This document shows positions 18,765-29,165 of a stretch of DNA of 64,000 nt, piece after piece. The DNA is taken from positions 222 to 64,221 of IMG/VR virus record IMGVR_UViG_3300029288_000175, one strand, 5' to 3'. Position numbers and translations under genes: made by a program. This DNA comes from a virus. Its lineage: Duplodnaviria > Caudoviricetes. Numbering within the stretch: the first letter of the stretch is position 1; every line of letters begins with the position of its first letter. Under the pieces are notes generated by a model. The model was given only the letters and a program-made list of their open reading frames with translations, was not told where the DNA came from and did not search any database.

Positions 18765-21259
18765 CGCCCACCCCGACTGCCAAGGTAGCGCGACACGCCA
18801 AACAACCGCACCACCGCGAGCGTGCTGTCGTAGGCGTAGCGGTACGGACTGTTCCCACCCTGGAAGAGGAACCACAACCGCTGTGCCGCGTTAGCCTGCA
18901 ACTGCACCGCGCCGTTCACGATCGGCTGGAGTGGCGCGATGACGTTCTCGCTGGCCACCCCGCGCACGGCGGCGTGCACCGGCAACCGGGGGTTGGTCAC
19001 GCTGTCTATGTCCGCGTAGTACCCCTCGGTCACCCCGGCTGCGGTCGGGTAGAACGTGCCGGACCACTCGTCAACCGGCATGAGGATCAGGTCGCTCACC
19101 CACACGGTGACGTTGCCGGCGTCCGTGTTCTGTACGTTCAGCCGGACGTCGATAAGGTTGTACCCCATACCAGGATGCCCCGGCGGCAGGGTGATACGCC
19201 CCAGGTCGATCAGGTTGTGGTTGCCGGCGGTGACGAGGTTCGGCGTCAGGTAAGCGCTAAAACTACCTAGCCACAGGGCCGTGAACGTGGCGGTGGCGTC
19301 GCGCGTGCCCGTGCTGAGGTAGAGTCGCACCTTGCTGGTGGCGCCGGCGGACTGCCAGCAGCGCGCGAACGCGTGGTACGTGCCGTCCCACTGCGGGCAC
19401 AGGTCGCTGTCGAGCGAGAACGTGACGAAGTCGGTGGTGGCGCCAGGGATGTTCTGGAACCGCACCGCCCGGCCGGGCGGTGTGTCCACCTGCGTCTGGA
19501 ACGTCCCGACGCCGGCAGCGTTCGGCACCACGGTCACGCCAGCCGGGTTCTGTTCGTCTGCCGCCAGCAGGTACGGGGTGAAGTCCTCTCCCCTGCTGAG
19601 CGAACGCGCGGACACGTGCATCACGGACCACGCCCAGTCGTCGTGGGCACACTCAGCCTGGATGCGTGCCAGGAGCGGCACGTCACCGCCAACGTCGCCG
19701 GCCACCACGTCGACGCAGGGCCACACGACCGAGTACGGCGAGCGGTGCTGCTGTACCGGCGGCGTCATGGTGCCGGCCCCTCCGGGGGTGTCAAACCGCG
19801 CCCGCACCCAGTACGCTGTGACGCCGTTCAACGTCCCTGTGATCCAGTCGGTGGGCGCATGCCACGAGACCGCCGCCGTGTTCGGCACAGTCAACATCGA
19901 CGTATTGTCGTCAATGAGATCTGGCGCCGCTCCCAGGTCGGTCCAGGCGCCGTTCCAGTACTGCCAGTGGAGCGTGCCATCACCGCCATACGCTGCCGGG
20001 GGGAGCAAGTCGAAAACCAGCGAGTCGAACGGGCCGGAGTCCGTCACGGTGGTGTCGCACCCGAAGTAGCAGGCATCCTCGTCACCCACGGTCGATGGGA
20101 ACAGACTCGCAGTGAGTGGGGCCAGCGGTGCCCCGGCCGTGTACACGGTCTCTATCTCGGTGGCGGTGAGTACCTCGCCAAACACAGCGGCATCGTCTAT
20201 GCGCGCGTTCGCCTGTAGGCCGACCACCAAAGGGGAGAATCCTATGCCCATCGACGCCGTCGGGCCGACGTAACCGGCGTCGAGCCCGCTGCCAACAAGA
20301 ACACCATCCAGGTACAGCAGCACCGTGGTGCCGTCATACGTCATGGCCACGTGGTGCCAGGCGTACGAGACTACTACCACGCCGCTATCGAGCCCGCCGA
20401 TGCCCCACATGCCGGCCAGTGTGCTAGTGACGGTGCGGTAGAACTGGACCCAACCTGCGGCGCCAACCGCCTCGGCGATGAACTGGGGCGCAGCCGGGTT
20501 AGAGTCTGTGAACCACACCCATGCCATGATCGTGCCGGTAGCAAGCGCGGGAGGGTTGGCATATGTGAGTCTAGCCGCAGTCCTGGTGCTGGTGCTGGCG
20601 TTGGCCGCGCCGGTCCACGCGTGCCCGGTGCCGAGCGACCCGTCCAAGTAGTTGGTGCGGTAGGCGCGCTGCTCCACCTGGGCACAGTCCACGTACCACG
20701 TCCGCGCCGTGGCATCTGTCTGGCGCATCCGCAGCAACGTCGAGCCCACGCACTGCGCCGCTGGGAACGAGACGCCGTACAGCGACCAGCCGTTCTCGGT
20801 GCCGCGCAGCGTCGGCGCGGTCCACGTGATCCCGTCGACGCTCCACTTCATCGTGGCCGCCGACACCGTGCCATAGAGCCATGCCGAGGCGTAGTGCGTG
20901 GCGTTCGCCAGCGCGGACAACGTCGCCGTGCATCCGTCGTTTACCGCCGCGGTGGTGACCACCTTCGACGCCTTGGCGCCGAGGTACGAGTACGTGGCGT
21001 CGTTCGGCGTCACCGCCGCCGCGCCCAGCACGCCCCAGTTACCCGCCGCCTCGGAGGACGGGTTGAGTACGAGGTTGGTCGCCGCCTCGGCCATCTGGAC
21101 GGCCTTGCACAGCGTGCCCTGCCGGTGGATCACGCCCCCGGCAACGAGCGTGGCCAGTTGGCCCGTCCAACTGTCAACGGAACCGGTGAAGTTGGTCTTG
21201 TACGGCGTGGGGCCGTCGTATGGTAGGTACCAACTGGGCTCGTACGAGAGTATCGGCAC
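18761..21259 (-). CDS. tail protein with carbohydrate-binding and LamG-like domains
   Basis: TNLVLNPSSE, CAQVEQRAYRTNY.DG, WHHVAMTYDGTTVLLYLDG...IDDAAVF. Confidence 0.8.
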   Translation of the reverse strand: MPILSYEPSWYLPYDGPTPYKTNFTGSVDSWTGQLATLVAGGVIHRQGTLCKAVQMAEAATNLVLNPSSEAAGNWGVLGAAAVTPNDATYSYLGAKASKVVTTAAVNDGCTATLSALANATHYASAWLYGTVSAATMKWSVDGITWTAPTLRGTENGWSLYGVSFPAAQCVGSTLLRMRQTDATARTWYVDCAQVEQRAYRTNYLDGSLGTGHAWTGAANASTSTRTAARLTYANPPALATGTIMAWVWFTDSNPAAPQFIAEAVGAAGWVQFYRTVTSTLAGMWGIGGLDSGVVVVSYAWHHVAMTYDGTTVLLYLDGVLVGSGLDAGYVGPTASMGIGFSPLVVGLQANARIDDAAVFGEVLTATEIETVYTAGAPLAPLTASLFPSTVGDEDACYFGCDTTVTDSGPFDSLVFDLLPPAAYGGDGTLHWQYWNGAWTDLGAAPDLIDDNTSMLTVPNTAAVSWHAPTDWITGTLNGVTAYWVRARFDTPGGAGTMTPPVQQHRSPYSVVWPCVDVVAGDVGGDVPLLARIQAECAHDDWAWSVMHVSARSLSRGEDFTPYLLAADEQNPAGVTVVPNAAGVGTFQTQVDTPPGRAVRFQNIPGATTDFVTFSLDSDLCPQWDGTYHAFARCWQSAGATSKVRLYLSTGTRDATATFTALWLGSFSAYLTPNLVTAGNHNLIDLGRITLPPGHPGMGYNLIDVRLNVQNTDAGNVTVWVSDLILMPVDEWSGTFYPTAAGVTEGYYADIDSVTNPRLPVHAAVRGVASENVIAPLQPIVNGAVQLQANAAQRLWFLFQGGNSPYRYAYDSTLAVVRLFGVSRYLGSRGGR

Positions 21260-21272
21260 TCAGTTCCTCCGG

Positions 21273-22148
21273 TCACAGCAACGACAAGTACATCGACTCC
21301 TCAGGCACCGACAGGTCCAGGCAGTGCGTGCAGCTCGCGGCGGCTACCGTCGGCGCGGTGGCCATGGCGCACGAACACGACAGTAGGTTCGGCCCGAACC
21401 GCGCCGTGCTGGCGTCGTACCAGAACACGTGCGTCAGGTTGGCCTTGTTGTGCTTGTTGGCCACGTACACGTCCAGCAGCACCGGCTCCAACATGATCTT
21501 GCTGGACCCGTCCTCCTGGAGGATGTAGGACACACCGTCCTCCTGGAGGAGGAACCCAGTGCTGCCACCGACGGTGTCACACGTGCCCTCAGCCTCGCGC
21601 CCGAGCCAGCAGTCGTTGTACTCCTGGCCGGCGCTGACCTCGATGCAGTCGGCGGCGCCCGGCACACACTCCTGCCACAGGCCGTGCTCGATGATCAGGT
21701 CCAACTCCGTCCAGCCGTTGCGCACCATGGTCGTGGTCGTCGGTTGGTTGTACGGGTCGCCCTCCTGGGCGAACGAGTACGAGTGGATGACGGCGTAGCG
21801 CGTCCGGGTCTCGTCAGTGCCGCGCGCTTCCAGGTACACGGGCGTGGTCTGCCAGTCGCTGGTCCAGAATGCCACGGCCCTGAGGAGCAGCCGGTCGAGG
21901 TCCTGGGCGGCCTGCGCCAGGTGGTCCTGGGAGTAGGCCAGGACGCTGACCGTGAACGTGTCGATCACGTTGTCGTAGTTGGTCTGGACCAGGCGCCGGC
22001 CGTCGGCCAGGGGCGACTGCTGCCACACACCCTCGTCACGGAACTGCGGGCGCTGCGGCTGCCACCGGGCGAGGCGGAACCCTGACCGCGTCGCCAGCAG
22101 GTTGACGGCGGTCGCCCCGTCGGTGATCCTCAGCAGCGCGTTGCCCAT
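21273..22148 (-). CDS. distal tail-like protein
   Basis: Second gene after the tape measure; LLQEDG repeats. Confidence 0.65.
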   Translation of the reverse strand: MGNALLRITDGATAVNLLATRSGFRLARWQPQRPQFRDEGVWQQSPLADGRRLVQTNYDNVIDTFTVSVLAYSQDHLAQAAQDLDRLLLRAVAFWTSDWQTTPVYLEARGTDETRTRYAVIHSYSFAQEGDPYNQPTTTTMVRNGWTELDLIIEHGLWQECVPGAADCIEVSAGQEYNDCWLGREAEGTCDTVGGSTGFLLQEDGVSYILQEDGSSKIMLEPVLLDVYVANKHNKANLTHVFWYDASTARFGPNLLSCSCAMATAPTVAAASCTHCLDLSVPEESMYLSLL

Positions 22149-22151
22149 GGC

Positions 22152-23258
22152 TCAGCCGCCGTGGTTCGCGGTGTAGATGAAGTAGATCATCGGTGTTAGA
22201 CCTGCGGCAAGCGTGTCCAGTGGGTCATTACCATCCCGCCGGAACGGACATTCAACGTTGTCGCCAGCGCTTAACCACGCGTCGATAGGCACAATCACCA
22301 GTTGCTCCCAAATGCCGTTCACCACCGGTATAGCCGCAGGTGCTACAGCAGTGGTGTGCGTGTTGTACGCCTCTCCGGTAGCACCCATGTGTACTGACAT
22401 GGTGCAATACGCATTGCCCGTGTTGAGAGCAAAGCCAACAAAGACAACGCTACCACCGCTAACGTAGTCCTGAGGGCACCGGAACACTGCAACTCCTGAG
22501 GTTTGCACCCCGGCAGCCATGTCAAACGCCACTCCAACTCCACCGGAGTAAAGCGTGTGCGGCACCGTGATGACCTCGGTGCCGTTAGCCAAATTGGCTA
22601 CACCGAGCGCGGCCCCGTCGCCACCCACATGGTCGTGCGTGTCGCCGTTCGTGACCAGTTGGGCCTGGACCGCCGCTGCTAACCCTGCCTCAGGTATGCT
22701 CGCCCCGTCGCCACCCACATGGTCGTGCGTGTCGCCGTTCGTGACCAGTTGGGCCTGGACCGCCGCATCGAGCCATGCCTCCACCACCTTGCCAAACGCC
22801 GTCCCTCTGGCAGCGGTACAGGCCAACACGGTGTCGAATCCTGCTGGCGAGATGGCGCCTGACACTCCCACACCAGCACCGGCACGGCCATGCACGGAGT
22901 ACTGTGGCATGTCCTGGAACATGGCGTACTGGACCGCCTGAAACGCCGTTCCTCCGGCAGCACAGGCCAACACGGTGTTGAACGCTGCTGGCGAGATGGC
23001 GCCTGGCACTCCCGCGCCAACACCGGCACGCCCGAATACGGAGTACTGTGGCATGTCCTGGAACATGGCGTACTGGATGCTCTTGTTCGCGTGCGTGGCC
23101 GGGATCGCCCTCATGTGGGCTGCGAGGGCGTTCGTCACCGTCGACACCACCTGGCCCCGCGTCTCTTTCTTGGTGACGCCAGCCTGGTTGACGGCAATCT
23201 CGTCCGTATCGGACGGCGCCACCACCGCCGTCAGTCCACTGATCGGGTTATCAGGCAT
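22152..23258 (-). CDS. tail fibre-like protein with internal duplications
   Basis: MPDNPISGL..APSDTD N-terminus; 48-aa and 30-aa duplicated units. Confidence 0.7.
   Translation of the reverse strand: MPDNPISGLTAVVAPSDTDEIAVNQAGVTKKETRGQVVSTVTNALAAHMRAIPATHANKSIQYAMFQDMPQYSVFGRAGVGAGVPGAISPAAFNTVLACAAGGTAFQAVQYAMFQDMPQYSVHGRAGAGVGVSGAISPAGFDTVLACTAARGTAFGKVVEAWLDAAVQAQLVTNGDTHDHVGGDGASIPEAGLAAAVQAQLVTNGDTHDHVGGDGAALGVANLANGTEVITVPHTLYSGGVGVAFDMAAGVQTSGVAVFRCPQDYVSGGSVVFVGFALNTGNAYCTMSVHMGATGEAYNTHTTAVAPAAIPVVNGIWEQLVIVPIDAWLSAGDNVECPFRRDGNDPLDTLAAGLTPMIYFIYTANHGG
22615..23079. repeat. two tandem intragenic duplications (90-bp and 144-bp periods)
   Basis: 62 identical bp at 22615-22676 and 22705-22766; atggcgtactgga at 22921 and 23065. 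Confidence 0.9.
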
Positions 23259-23273
23259 CGTATCCTCCCATCA

Positions 23274-26200
23274 TCACAGCGCGTCAGCCACGGCGCGCCG
23301 CACCATGGCCGTGAACCGCGCCTCGTCCATGCCGTTTGCCACCGTCACCGGCCCCACGTTGACCACCACCCCGCCGGCGCGTGATGCACCGCCAGTGCCG
23401 GGTGCGACACTCGTCTGTACCACCCCAGTATACGCCAAAGCCTGGCCGGCGCTATCGAGCAACAGTCCGGCCATCCGCGCAGGCAGGGAGTTGAGAAACT
23501 CACCGAGCACGCCGGCGCTCTCCTGCGTGCTGAACACGCGCGCGCCGGCCGGGAACTGCACCAGCTCGGGCCCCCACTCGCCGACGACCGCCACTCCCGC
23601 GCGCGTTTGTGGCGTGCCGGTGGCGTAGGTTCCGCTGCCCCCCTCCTCTCCACCGCCACCCTCGTATGGTGTGGGGCTAGGAACGCCGGGAATCTTGTTC
23701 AGGATATCCATGATCGCGTCGTAGGCCGCCTGGAACGGTCCCACCATCGCGTCGATCAGCCCCTGTTTGGCGTCGTTGAATCCCTTGGTAATGGCGCCCC
23801 AAGTGTTACCCAGGAAGTCCTTCAGGGCATTTACTCTGCCGGCACTGTCGTTCACGGCACCGTCCATGGCGCTGTAGATGCCGGCGCGTATCTCGTTCCA
23901 GCGCGTCGTGACGGTCAGCCAGACGTTTGACGCCCACATGCTCAACTCACCCCACCACGTGTTTGCGGCGCCCATCACGCTGTCCTTTGTGTTCGTCCAG
24001 GCTAGAGTCAGGTCGTTCTTGATGGCCGTCCACACGCCTGTTAGGTCCGTCCAGACGTTATCGGCCCAGGTCTTAAGTTGCTGCCACCACGCCGCCGCCT
24101 TGGCCGTCACATCGTCTTTGGCCTGCGTCCAGGTTAGTGTCACGTCATTCTTGATGGCCGACCACGTGCTAGTTAGGTCAGTCCAGACATTGTCGCCCCA
24201 CGTGCTGAGTTGCTGCCACCACGTGTTAGCGGTAGCTATCACGCCGTCTCGTGTCTGCGTCCAGGCGAGTGTTAGGTCGTTCTTGATGGCCGTCCACGTG
24301 CTCGTCAGGTCCGTCCAGACGCTGTCACCCCAAACTACTATGCCAGTGTACCAGGTAGTAGCCGTGGTACTTACCGCTGCCCATGCCTGGGACCAGTACA
24401 GAGACACATCGTTCTTGATGGCTGCCCACGTATCCGTCACATCCTGCCACGTGAGATCATCCCACTGGAGCATGTAGGCAAACCACGTGACACATGTGGC
24501 ACTAACACCCTCCCATGCCTGAGTCCAGTACAGCGACACATCATCCTTGATGGTCTCCCACGTGCTGGTCACATCTAGCCAGGTGTCATCGGCCCACTGA
24601 CTGATGTCGGCATACCACTCGGATGATGTGATCCCAACACCACTGTGCGCGTCGTTCCATGATGTGGTAACACTGTCCCTGATCTTCGCCCAGCCGGTGG
24701 TTATGATCAACCATATGTCGTCGGCGTTGATGCCCATGTCGGCCAGCCAGGCCACGGCCGTGGCCTGGACATCAGCATAGGCGTCGTTCCACGTGATGAT
24801 GACCCTAGATGCTCCCTCGCTCCATGCCGTCCCAATGCGTGTCCAGAGGTCCACGAGCCCAGTCTCGTCGAGCACGTCTTGCCATTTCACCGGTTCCCAC
24901 TGCTGCGATTCCGAGTTGAAAATGGGGGGGAGCCCGCTGATGATGCCTGGCAACTCGTTGGAGAACCATCCCTGAATGGGCTGCGCGATGTGCTCGTTAC
25001 ACCAGAGATACGCGGCGTCGACTAGATTGGTGGTCTCCTCCGGGAATATCACTGGCAACAATGTTGCCAACGTCAGGCCGGTGAGTGTCGCCCCCAGCCC
25101 GGCCATACCCGTGCCAAACGCACTCTCCAACGCCGTCCCAACGTTGAGCCAGAGCCAGTTAGCCAACCCCGTGGTGGCGCCCTTGATCAGCCCGGCACCG
25201 CCTATGACGGCGTAGCCAACGGCCTTGGCCAGCAGACCGCCAATGGCCGTACCAAGGAGGTGGCTCACCAACGGGCTGTTGGCGATCAACGTGGTAACGA
25301 GGATTGCGATCCAGTTATCGCCCATCAACCGTGCCAATGTCGGGTCTATCCCTAGTGACACCATCACATCAGTGAGCGTGTTGCTGATGCGCTCCCCAAT
25401 CTCATTCCGTATCTCCGTCCACGACGCATCGTTGCCGACATACACCTGCTCCGGTATCCACTCGCCAGGCGACACCTGTTGCAACTGGGTGACGGTCTCC
25501 GGCCCGAACAGGGCAGTCGCGATAGCGGTGCGGAACCCATCGCCGAGGAACTTGGCGAGGTTACCGCCGCTGGACTCGAATATCGGCTTCAGGGTGGTGG
25601 TGATCGACGTCCGTATGGTCTCCGCCTGCTCCTTGATCTTCTTTGGGTCGAACATGGCCGCGATGCGACCGGCGAGGTCGAGCTTCTCGACACCTTCCCC
25701 TGCGGTCTCTAGGTCCTCGCCCAGTCCCAGCACCGCCTCGCCGGCGCCACCCGCGCCCTTCGCCAGCGCCTCCTCTGCCTGCGCCAGTTGGGTGGCCGTG
25801 TTGAACCACTCGACCGTGCCGGGTTCCAGGGTGGCCAACCTCGCCCGCAGCAGGTCCACCTTCTCGGCTGCGCTGGCGGTGGAGAGTTGGTAGCGGAACT
25901 GCGCGTCCGCCAGTTGCTCGGCAGCGCGGGCCGCCGCCTTGGCTGCCGCCTCGGAGTTGCGCATGGACGCCGCGGCGCGGTCGGTTGCCCCGGTGGTGCG
26001 TTCCTGCTCTGCCAGCAACTGCTGTTCCAGTTCGTAAATGGCGGTCTTGGTCTGAAAGTACTCGACGCTGGTCGTGTCGAGCGCCGCGAGTTTGTCTCGC
26101 TGCATCTGAAGTTTGGTGGGCGTGTCGGCGATGGCGTACTGGTACGCCCACTCGGCGTCCTCCAGGTCGGCCTTGGCATCTACCTGCTCCTTCGCCGCCG

Positions 26201-28277
26201 CCGCCTGTTCGTCCGCTAATGCTGCCTGTTCATCCGCCAACGCCTGCAACTCGGCTGTCCGCCGCTGTTCCAGTTCGTAAATGGTTGCCTGCGTCTGATA
26301 GTACTCGACGCTGGTCGAGTCAAGCGCCGTAAGCCGGTCCTTTTGCATCTGGAGTTTGCCGGCCGTATTTGCGATGGCGTATTGATAGTCCCACTCGGCA
26401 TCAGCCAATTCTGTACTAGCATCTATTTGTTTCTTGGCTGCCGCTGCCTGTTCATCCGCCAACGCCTGCAACTCGGCTGTCCGCCGCTGTTCCAGTTCGT
26501 AGATGGCGGCCTGCGTACGGTAATACTCGGCACTGCTATCATCGAGATCAGCAAGCCGGTCTTTCTGCATCAGGAGCTTGTCGGCAGTGTCCGCCATGGC
26601 GTACTGGTAGTCCCACTCGGCATCGGCGGCTTCCTGCTGCGTCCGCTGTCTATCCTCCTCGGCCTTCGCCGCATCCTCTGTTGCGCGTGCCGCCTCCTCT
26701 GCCGCCGCCGCTGCCGCACGCGCCGCCTCTTCTTCCGCACGCGCCGCCTCTTCTTCCGCACGCGCCTGCGCATCCGCCATTTCATCTTGCCGTTTTTGCT
26801 CTGCGCGTGCCGCCTCCTCTGCCGCACGCGCCTGCGCATCCGCCATCGCCTGCTGTTCGGCCGCGTAGTCCTGTTCGAGCCCGTACAGCTCGCTAAGCTT
26901 GGTGTAGTAGTCGTCGGTGCCCACGGCGAGCGCGGCCAACTCCGACTCGACCATGGTGATCTTCTCGGGCGTGCTCGCCATCTGCATGACGAGGTTCCGT
27001 TGTGCCTTGGCCGCAGAGTTGAACGAGGCGTCGTCGAGGTCGGTGCCGATGGGGGCAACGTTGAACGCGGCCGCCAGGGCCGTCTGCACGTCGCTGACCG
27101 CCGACCGGACCACGTCGCTGTCCGCCGCGCTGCTGATGCCGTCGGCGTAGATGTACACCAGCTCGGCGCCCCACTCGTCAACGTCTGGTGCCACCTCAGG
27201 GGGTGATGCCGGCTCCAGCCACCAACTGATCACGTCGCCGATGGCCTGGATGGCGCCGATCACGTAAGGCAGCGCCGAGGAGATGCCCTCCGCTATGCCA
27301 GCACCGATGGCAGCACCGCCGCTGTATGCAGTGTCCGCCATGCTGTCGGTGCTCCAACCCAGTGAGTCAGCTATGTCTGACAGCGCGACGCCAATCTGCC
27401 GCCGCGACTCGTCAAATGCTGCCCCGAGGCTACTGCTGATAGCGTCAACCGCTGGCAGCAGCGAGGTCACCAGGTCGGCAATGCCGCTCTTGGCTGCTGC
27501 GATGGCCCCGAGGAACGGGGAGCCGAGCGATTCCTTGACGTTGCCGAAAGCCACGTCCATGCGCTCGCCGGCACCTGCTGCCGTGTTCCCCATCGCCTCG
27601 GCTTGCCCGGCGAACTTCTCGGAGACGAGGCGCAAAGCCTCGGTTGCCGAGGTGTTTTCGTCCACGACCACGCCGTAGCGGCGCAGGATACTAACGTTGC
27701 CCTCGGCCACACGTCCCAGCACCATGGCGGTGCTCGACAGCGACTGGCCGCGCGCGGCGCTCATGTCCATGGCGGTCGATAGCAGTGACAGCGAGGTCTC
27801 ATAGTTGCCGGTGATGGTGACGAGTTGCACGAGGGCGTCGCGTGCCTCGCCGTCGTCTAGGGCAGTGCGGCGCTGCTGCGTGCTGATGTACTGCTCGATC
27901 TGGCCGCCAGCGACCTCCCAGTCGGCGCCAGACGCGATGACGGCGGCGCGGAGACGGGCAATCCCCGTCTCCTCTTCCGCCGCCGCGTCCGTGAAGTTCC
28001 AGATCGACTTGATGGCGTTCTCAAGCACCGGCAGAAGCTTCTCGCCGATGGCGGCACCGAGGCCGGCGCTGAACGCTACTCCGAGGCTGTTGACGCCGGT
28101 GCTAGCTGTCTCGGCCACGTCGCCGGCTTCGTTGATGCGGTCGGCAGCGTTGGCAGTGGCGTCGGTCGCGGAATCTAGGGCGGCCTGGTACGCGGCCAGT
28201 GATCGCTCAAACTGGTCGATCCTCAGTTCAGCGTCTAGACCTATAACCGGTTCGTCCACCATGCCGTACCTGCTCAC
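23274..28277 (-). CDS. tape measure protein
   Basis: 1667 aa, Ala-rich helical, Trp-periodic C-terminal repeats, downstream of tail chaperones. Confidence 0.92.
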   Translation of the reverse strand: MSRYGMVDEPVIGLDAELRIDQFERSLAAYQAALDSATDATANAADRINEAGDVAETASTGVNSLGVAFSAGLGAAIGEKLLPVLENAIKSIWNFTDAAAEEETGIARLRAAVIASGADWEVAGGQIEQYISTQQRRTALDDGEARDALVQLVTITGNYETSLSLLSTAMDMSAARGQSLSSTAMVLGRVAEGNVSILRRYGVVVDENTSATEALRLVSEKFAGQAEAMGNTAAGAGERMDVAFGNVKESLGSPFLGAIAAAKSGIADLVTSLLPAVDAISSSLGAAFDESRRQIGVALSDIADSLGWSTDSMADTAYSGGAAIGAGIAEGISSALPYVIGAIQAIGDVISWWLEPASPPEVAPDVDEWGAELVYIYADGISSAADSDVVRSAVSDVQTALAAAFNVAPIGTDLDDASFNSAAKAQRNLVMQMASTPEKITMVESELAALAVGTDDYYTKLSELYGLEQDYAAEQQAMADAQARAAEEAARAEQKRQDEMADAQARAEEEAARAEEEAARAAAAAAEEAARATEDAAKAEEDRQRTQQEAADAEWDYQYAMADTADKLLMQKDRLADLDDSSAEYYRTQAAIYELEQRRTAELQALADEQAAAAKKQIDASTELADAEWDYQYAIANTAGKLQMQKDRLTALDSTSVEYYQTQATIYELEQRRTAELQALADEQAALADEQAAAAKEQVDAKADLEDAEWAYQYAIADTPTKLQMQRDKLAALDTTSVEYFQTKTAIYELEQQLLAEQERTTGATDRAAASMRNSEAAAKAAARAAEQLADAQFRYQLSTASAAEKVDLLRARLATLEPGTVEWFNTATQLAQAEEALAKGAGGAGEAVLGLGEDLETAGEGVEKLDLAGRIAAMFDPKKIKEQAETIRTSITTTLKPIFESSGGNLAKFLGDGFRTAIATALFGPETVTQLQQVSPGEWIPEQVYVGNDASWTEIRNEIGERISNTLTDVMVSLGIDPTLARLMGDNWIAILVTTLIANSPLVSHLLGTAIGGLLAKAVGYAVIGGAGLIKGATTGLANWLWLNVGTALESAFGTGMAGLGATLTGLTLATLLPVIFPEETTNLVDAAYLWCNEHIAQPIQGWFSNELPGIISGLPPIFNSESQQWEPVKWQDVLDETGLVDLWTRIGTAWSEGASRVIITWNDAYADVQATAVAWLADMGINADDIWLIITTGWAKIRDSVTTSWNDAHSGVGITSSEWYADISQWADDTWLDVTSTWETIKDDVSLYWTQAWEGVSATCVTWFAYMLQWDDLTWQDVTDTWAAIKNDVSLYWSQAWAAVSTTATTWYTGIVVWGDSVWTDLTSTWTAIKNDLTLAWTQTRDGVIATANTWWQQLSTWGDNVWTDLTSTWSAIKNDVTLTWTQAKDDVTAKAAAWWQQLKTWADNVWTDLTGVWTAIKNDLTLAWTNTKDSVMGAANTWWGELSMWASNVWLTVTTRWNEIRAGIYSAMDGAVNDSAGRVNALKDFLGNTWGAITKGFNDAKQGLIDAMVGPFQAAYDAIMDILNKIPGVPSPTPYEGGGGEEGGSGTYATGTPQTRAGVAVVGEWGPELVQFPAGARVFSTQESAGVLGEFLNSLPARMAGLLLDSAGQALAYTGVVQTSVAPGTGGASRAGGVVVNVGPVTVANGMDEARFTAMVRRAVADAL

Positions 28278-28500
28278 GCCGTTCGCGGCGTCTCGATTCC
28301 TCGCGCTCTGCCGCTGCTATGCGGCTCTGTGCCCGCTCCGTCGCCACCATCAGCGCCCGCGCGTCCGGGCTGGCCGCCGCCCACTGGTCAGGGCTCATGC
28401 CCCATGCCTTGGCGGTGCACATCTCCTCAAACAGGCTGCTGTGTTGCCACGGCCCCCGCGGTACGTCCAGCAGCGCCAGCGGTATCCCGCTTCGCTCCAC
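28228..28500 (-). CDS. tail assembly chaperone, second (GT-like) ORF
   Basis: FEE..TAKAWGMSPDQW; overlaps end of upstream chaperone. Confidence 0.6.
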   Translation of the reverse strand: MERSGIPLALLDVPRGPWQHSSLFEEMCTAKAWGMSPDQWAAASPDARALMVATERAQSRIAAAEREESRRRERREQVRHGGRTGYRSRR

Positions 28501-29074
28501 GGCGAAACAACGACTCCGCTGCCTTCACGCGCGACTCGTCGACCTTGCCAACGGTGGCTAGGTCCATGAGCATGGCCAGCAGCCGCGTCGTCTCATCTCC
28601 GCCCGGCACGAGCGCGGTCATCACATAGTGCACGTATCGCAGTACCTCGTCTTCGGGTACCGTGACGCCGAGTGACTGGTGCCGTTTCGCCCACGCACCA
28701 GCCTCGTACCGCTCCAACTCGTCTCCCTGGAGCACGACGCCGTCGGCTACCAGGAGGTTGGCGATCATCTGTGCCCTCAGCGCGCCGAGACGTTTCAGGT
28801 CGTGCTGATACTGGTCCCATGCCGCTCGCGCCGCCTGCCGCACATCCGGGTCGGGCTCCTCAGCGATGGTATCCTCGCCCTTGGCCTGGTCAACGTTGTG
28901 GGTGTACTCCGCCACGGCGTCGCCGACGCCAACGACGGTGTACGTCGGAGGGTCTAACCTAGCGCCCTGCTCAATCAGTTGCTGGCGGGCAGACTCTTCG
29001 ACGGCAGACAGCAGCAGCACGCTGACGGGTTGCAGCCAGATGGTGTGTCCGTTGTCCGTGCGATACTCGTGCAT
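28427..29074 (-). CDS. tail assembly chaperone
   Basis: Between the tail tube and tape measure genes. Confidence 0.7.
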   Translation of the reverse strand: MHEYRTDNGHTIWLQPVSVLLLSAVEESARQQLIEQGARLDPPTYTVVGVGDAVAEYTHNVDQAKGEDTIAEEPDPDVRQAARAAWDQYQHDLKRLGALRAQMIANLLVADGVVLQGDELERYEAGAWAKRHQSLGVTVPEDEVLRYVHYVMTALVPGGDETTRLLAMLMDLATVGKVDESRVKAAESLFRRGAKRDTAGAAGRTAGAVATQQPV

Positions 29075-29165
29075 CACTCTCCCCCTTTTTGATGGCCTCG
29101 GCACCCGCCAGACGGGGGAGTGTTTGGCAGGTACCGAGGCCAACCCATCATCTCAGGTTACCCGA

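Noticed and set aside
22615-23079. Tail fibre repeats as a diversity-generating retroelement TR/VR pair
   Set aside because: No reverse transcriptase in the window; repeats are tandem and in frame, and differences are not adenine-specific.
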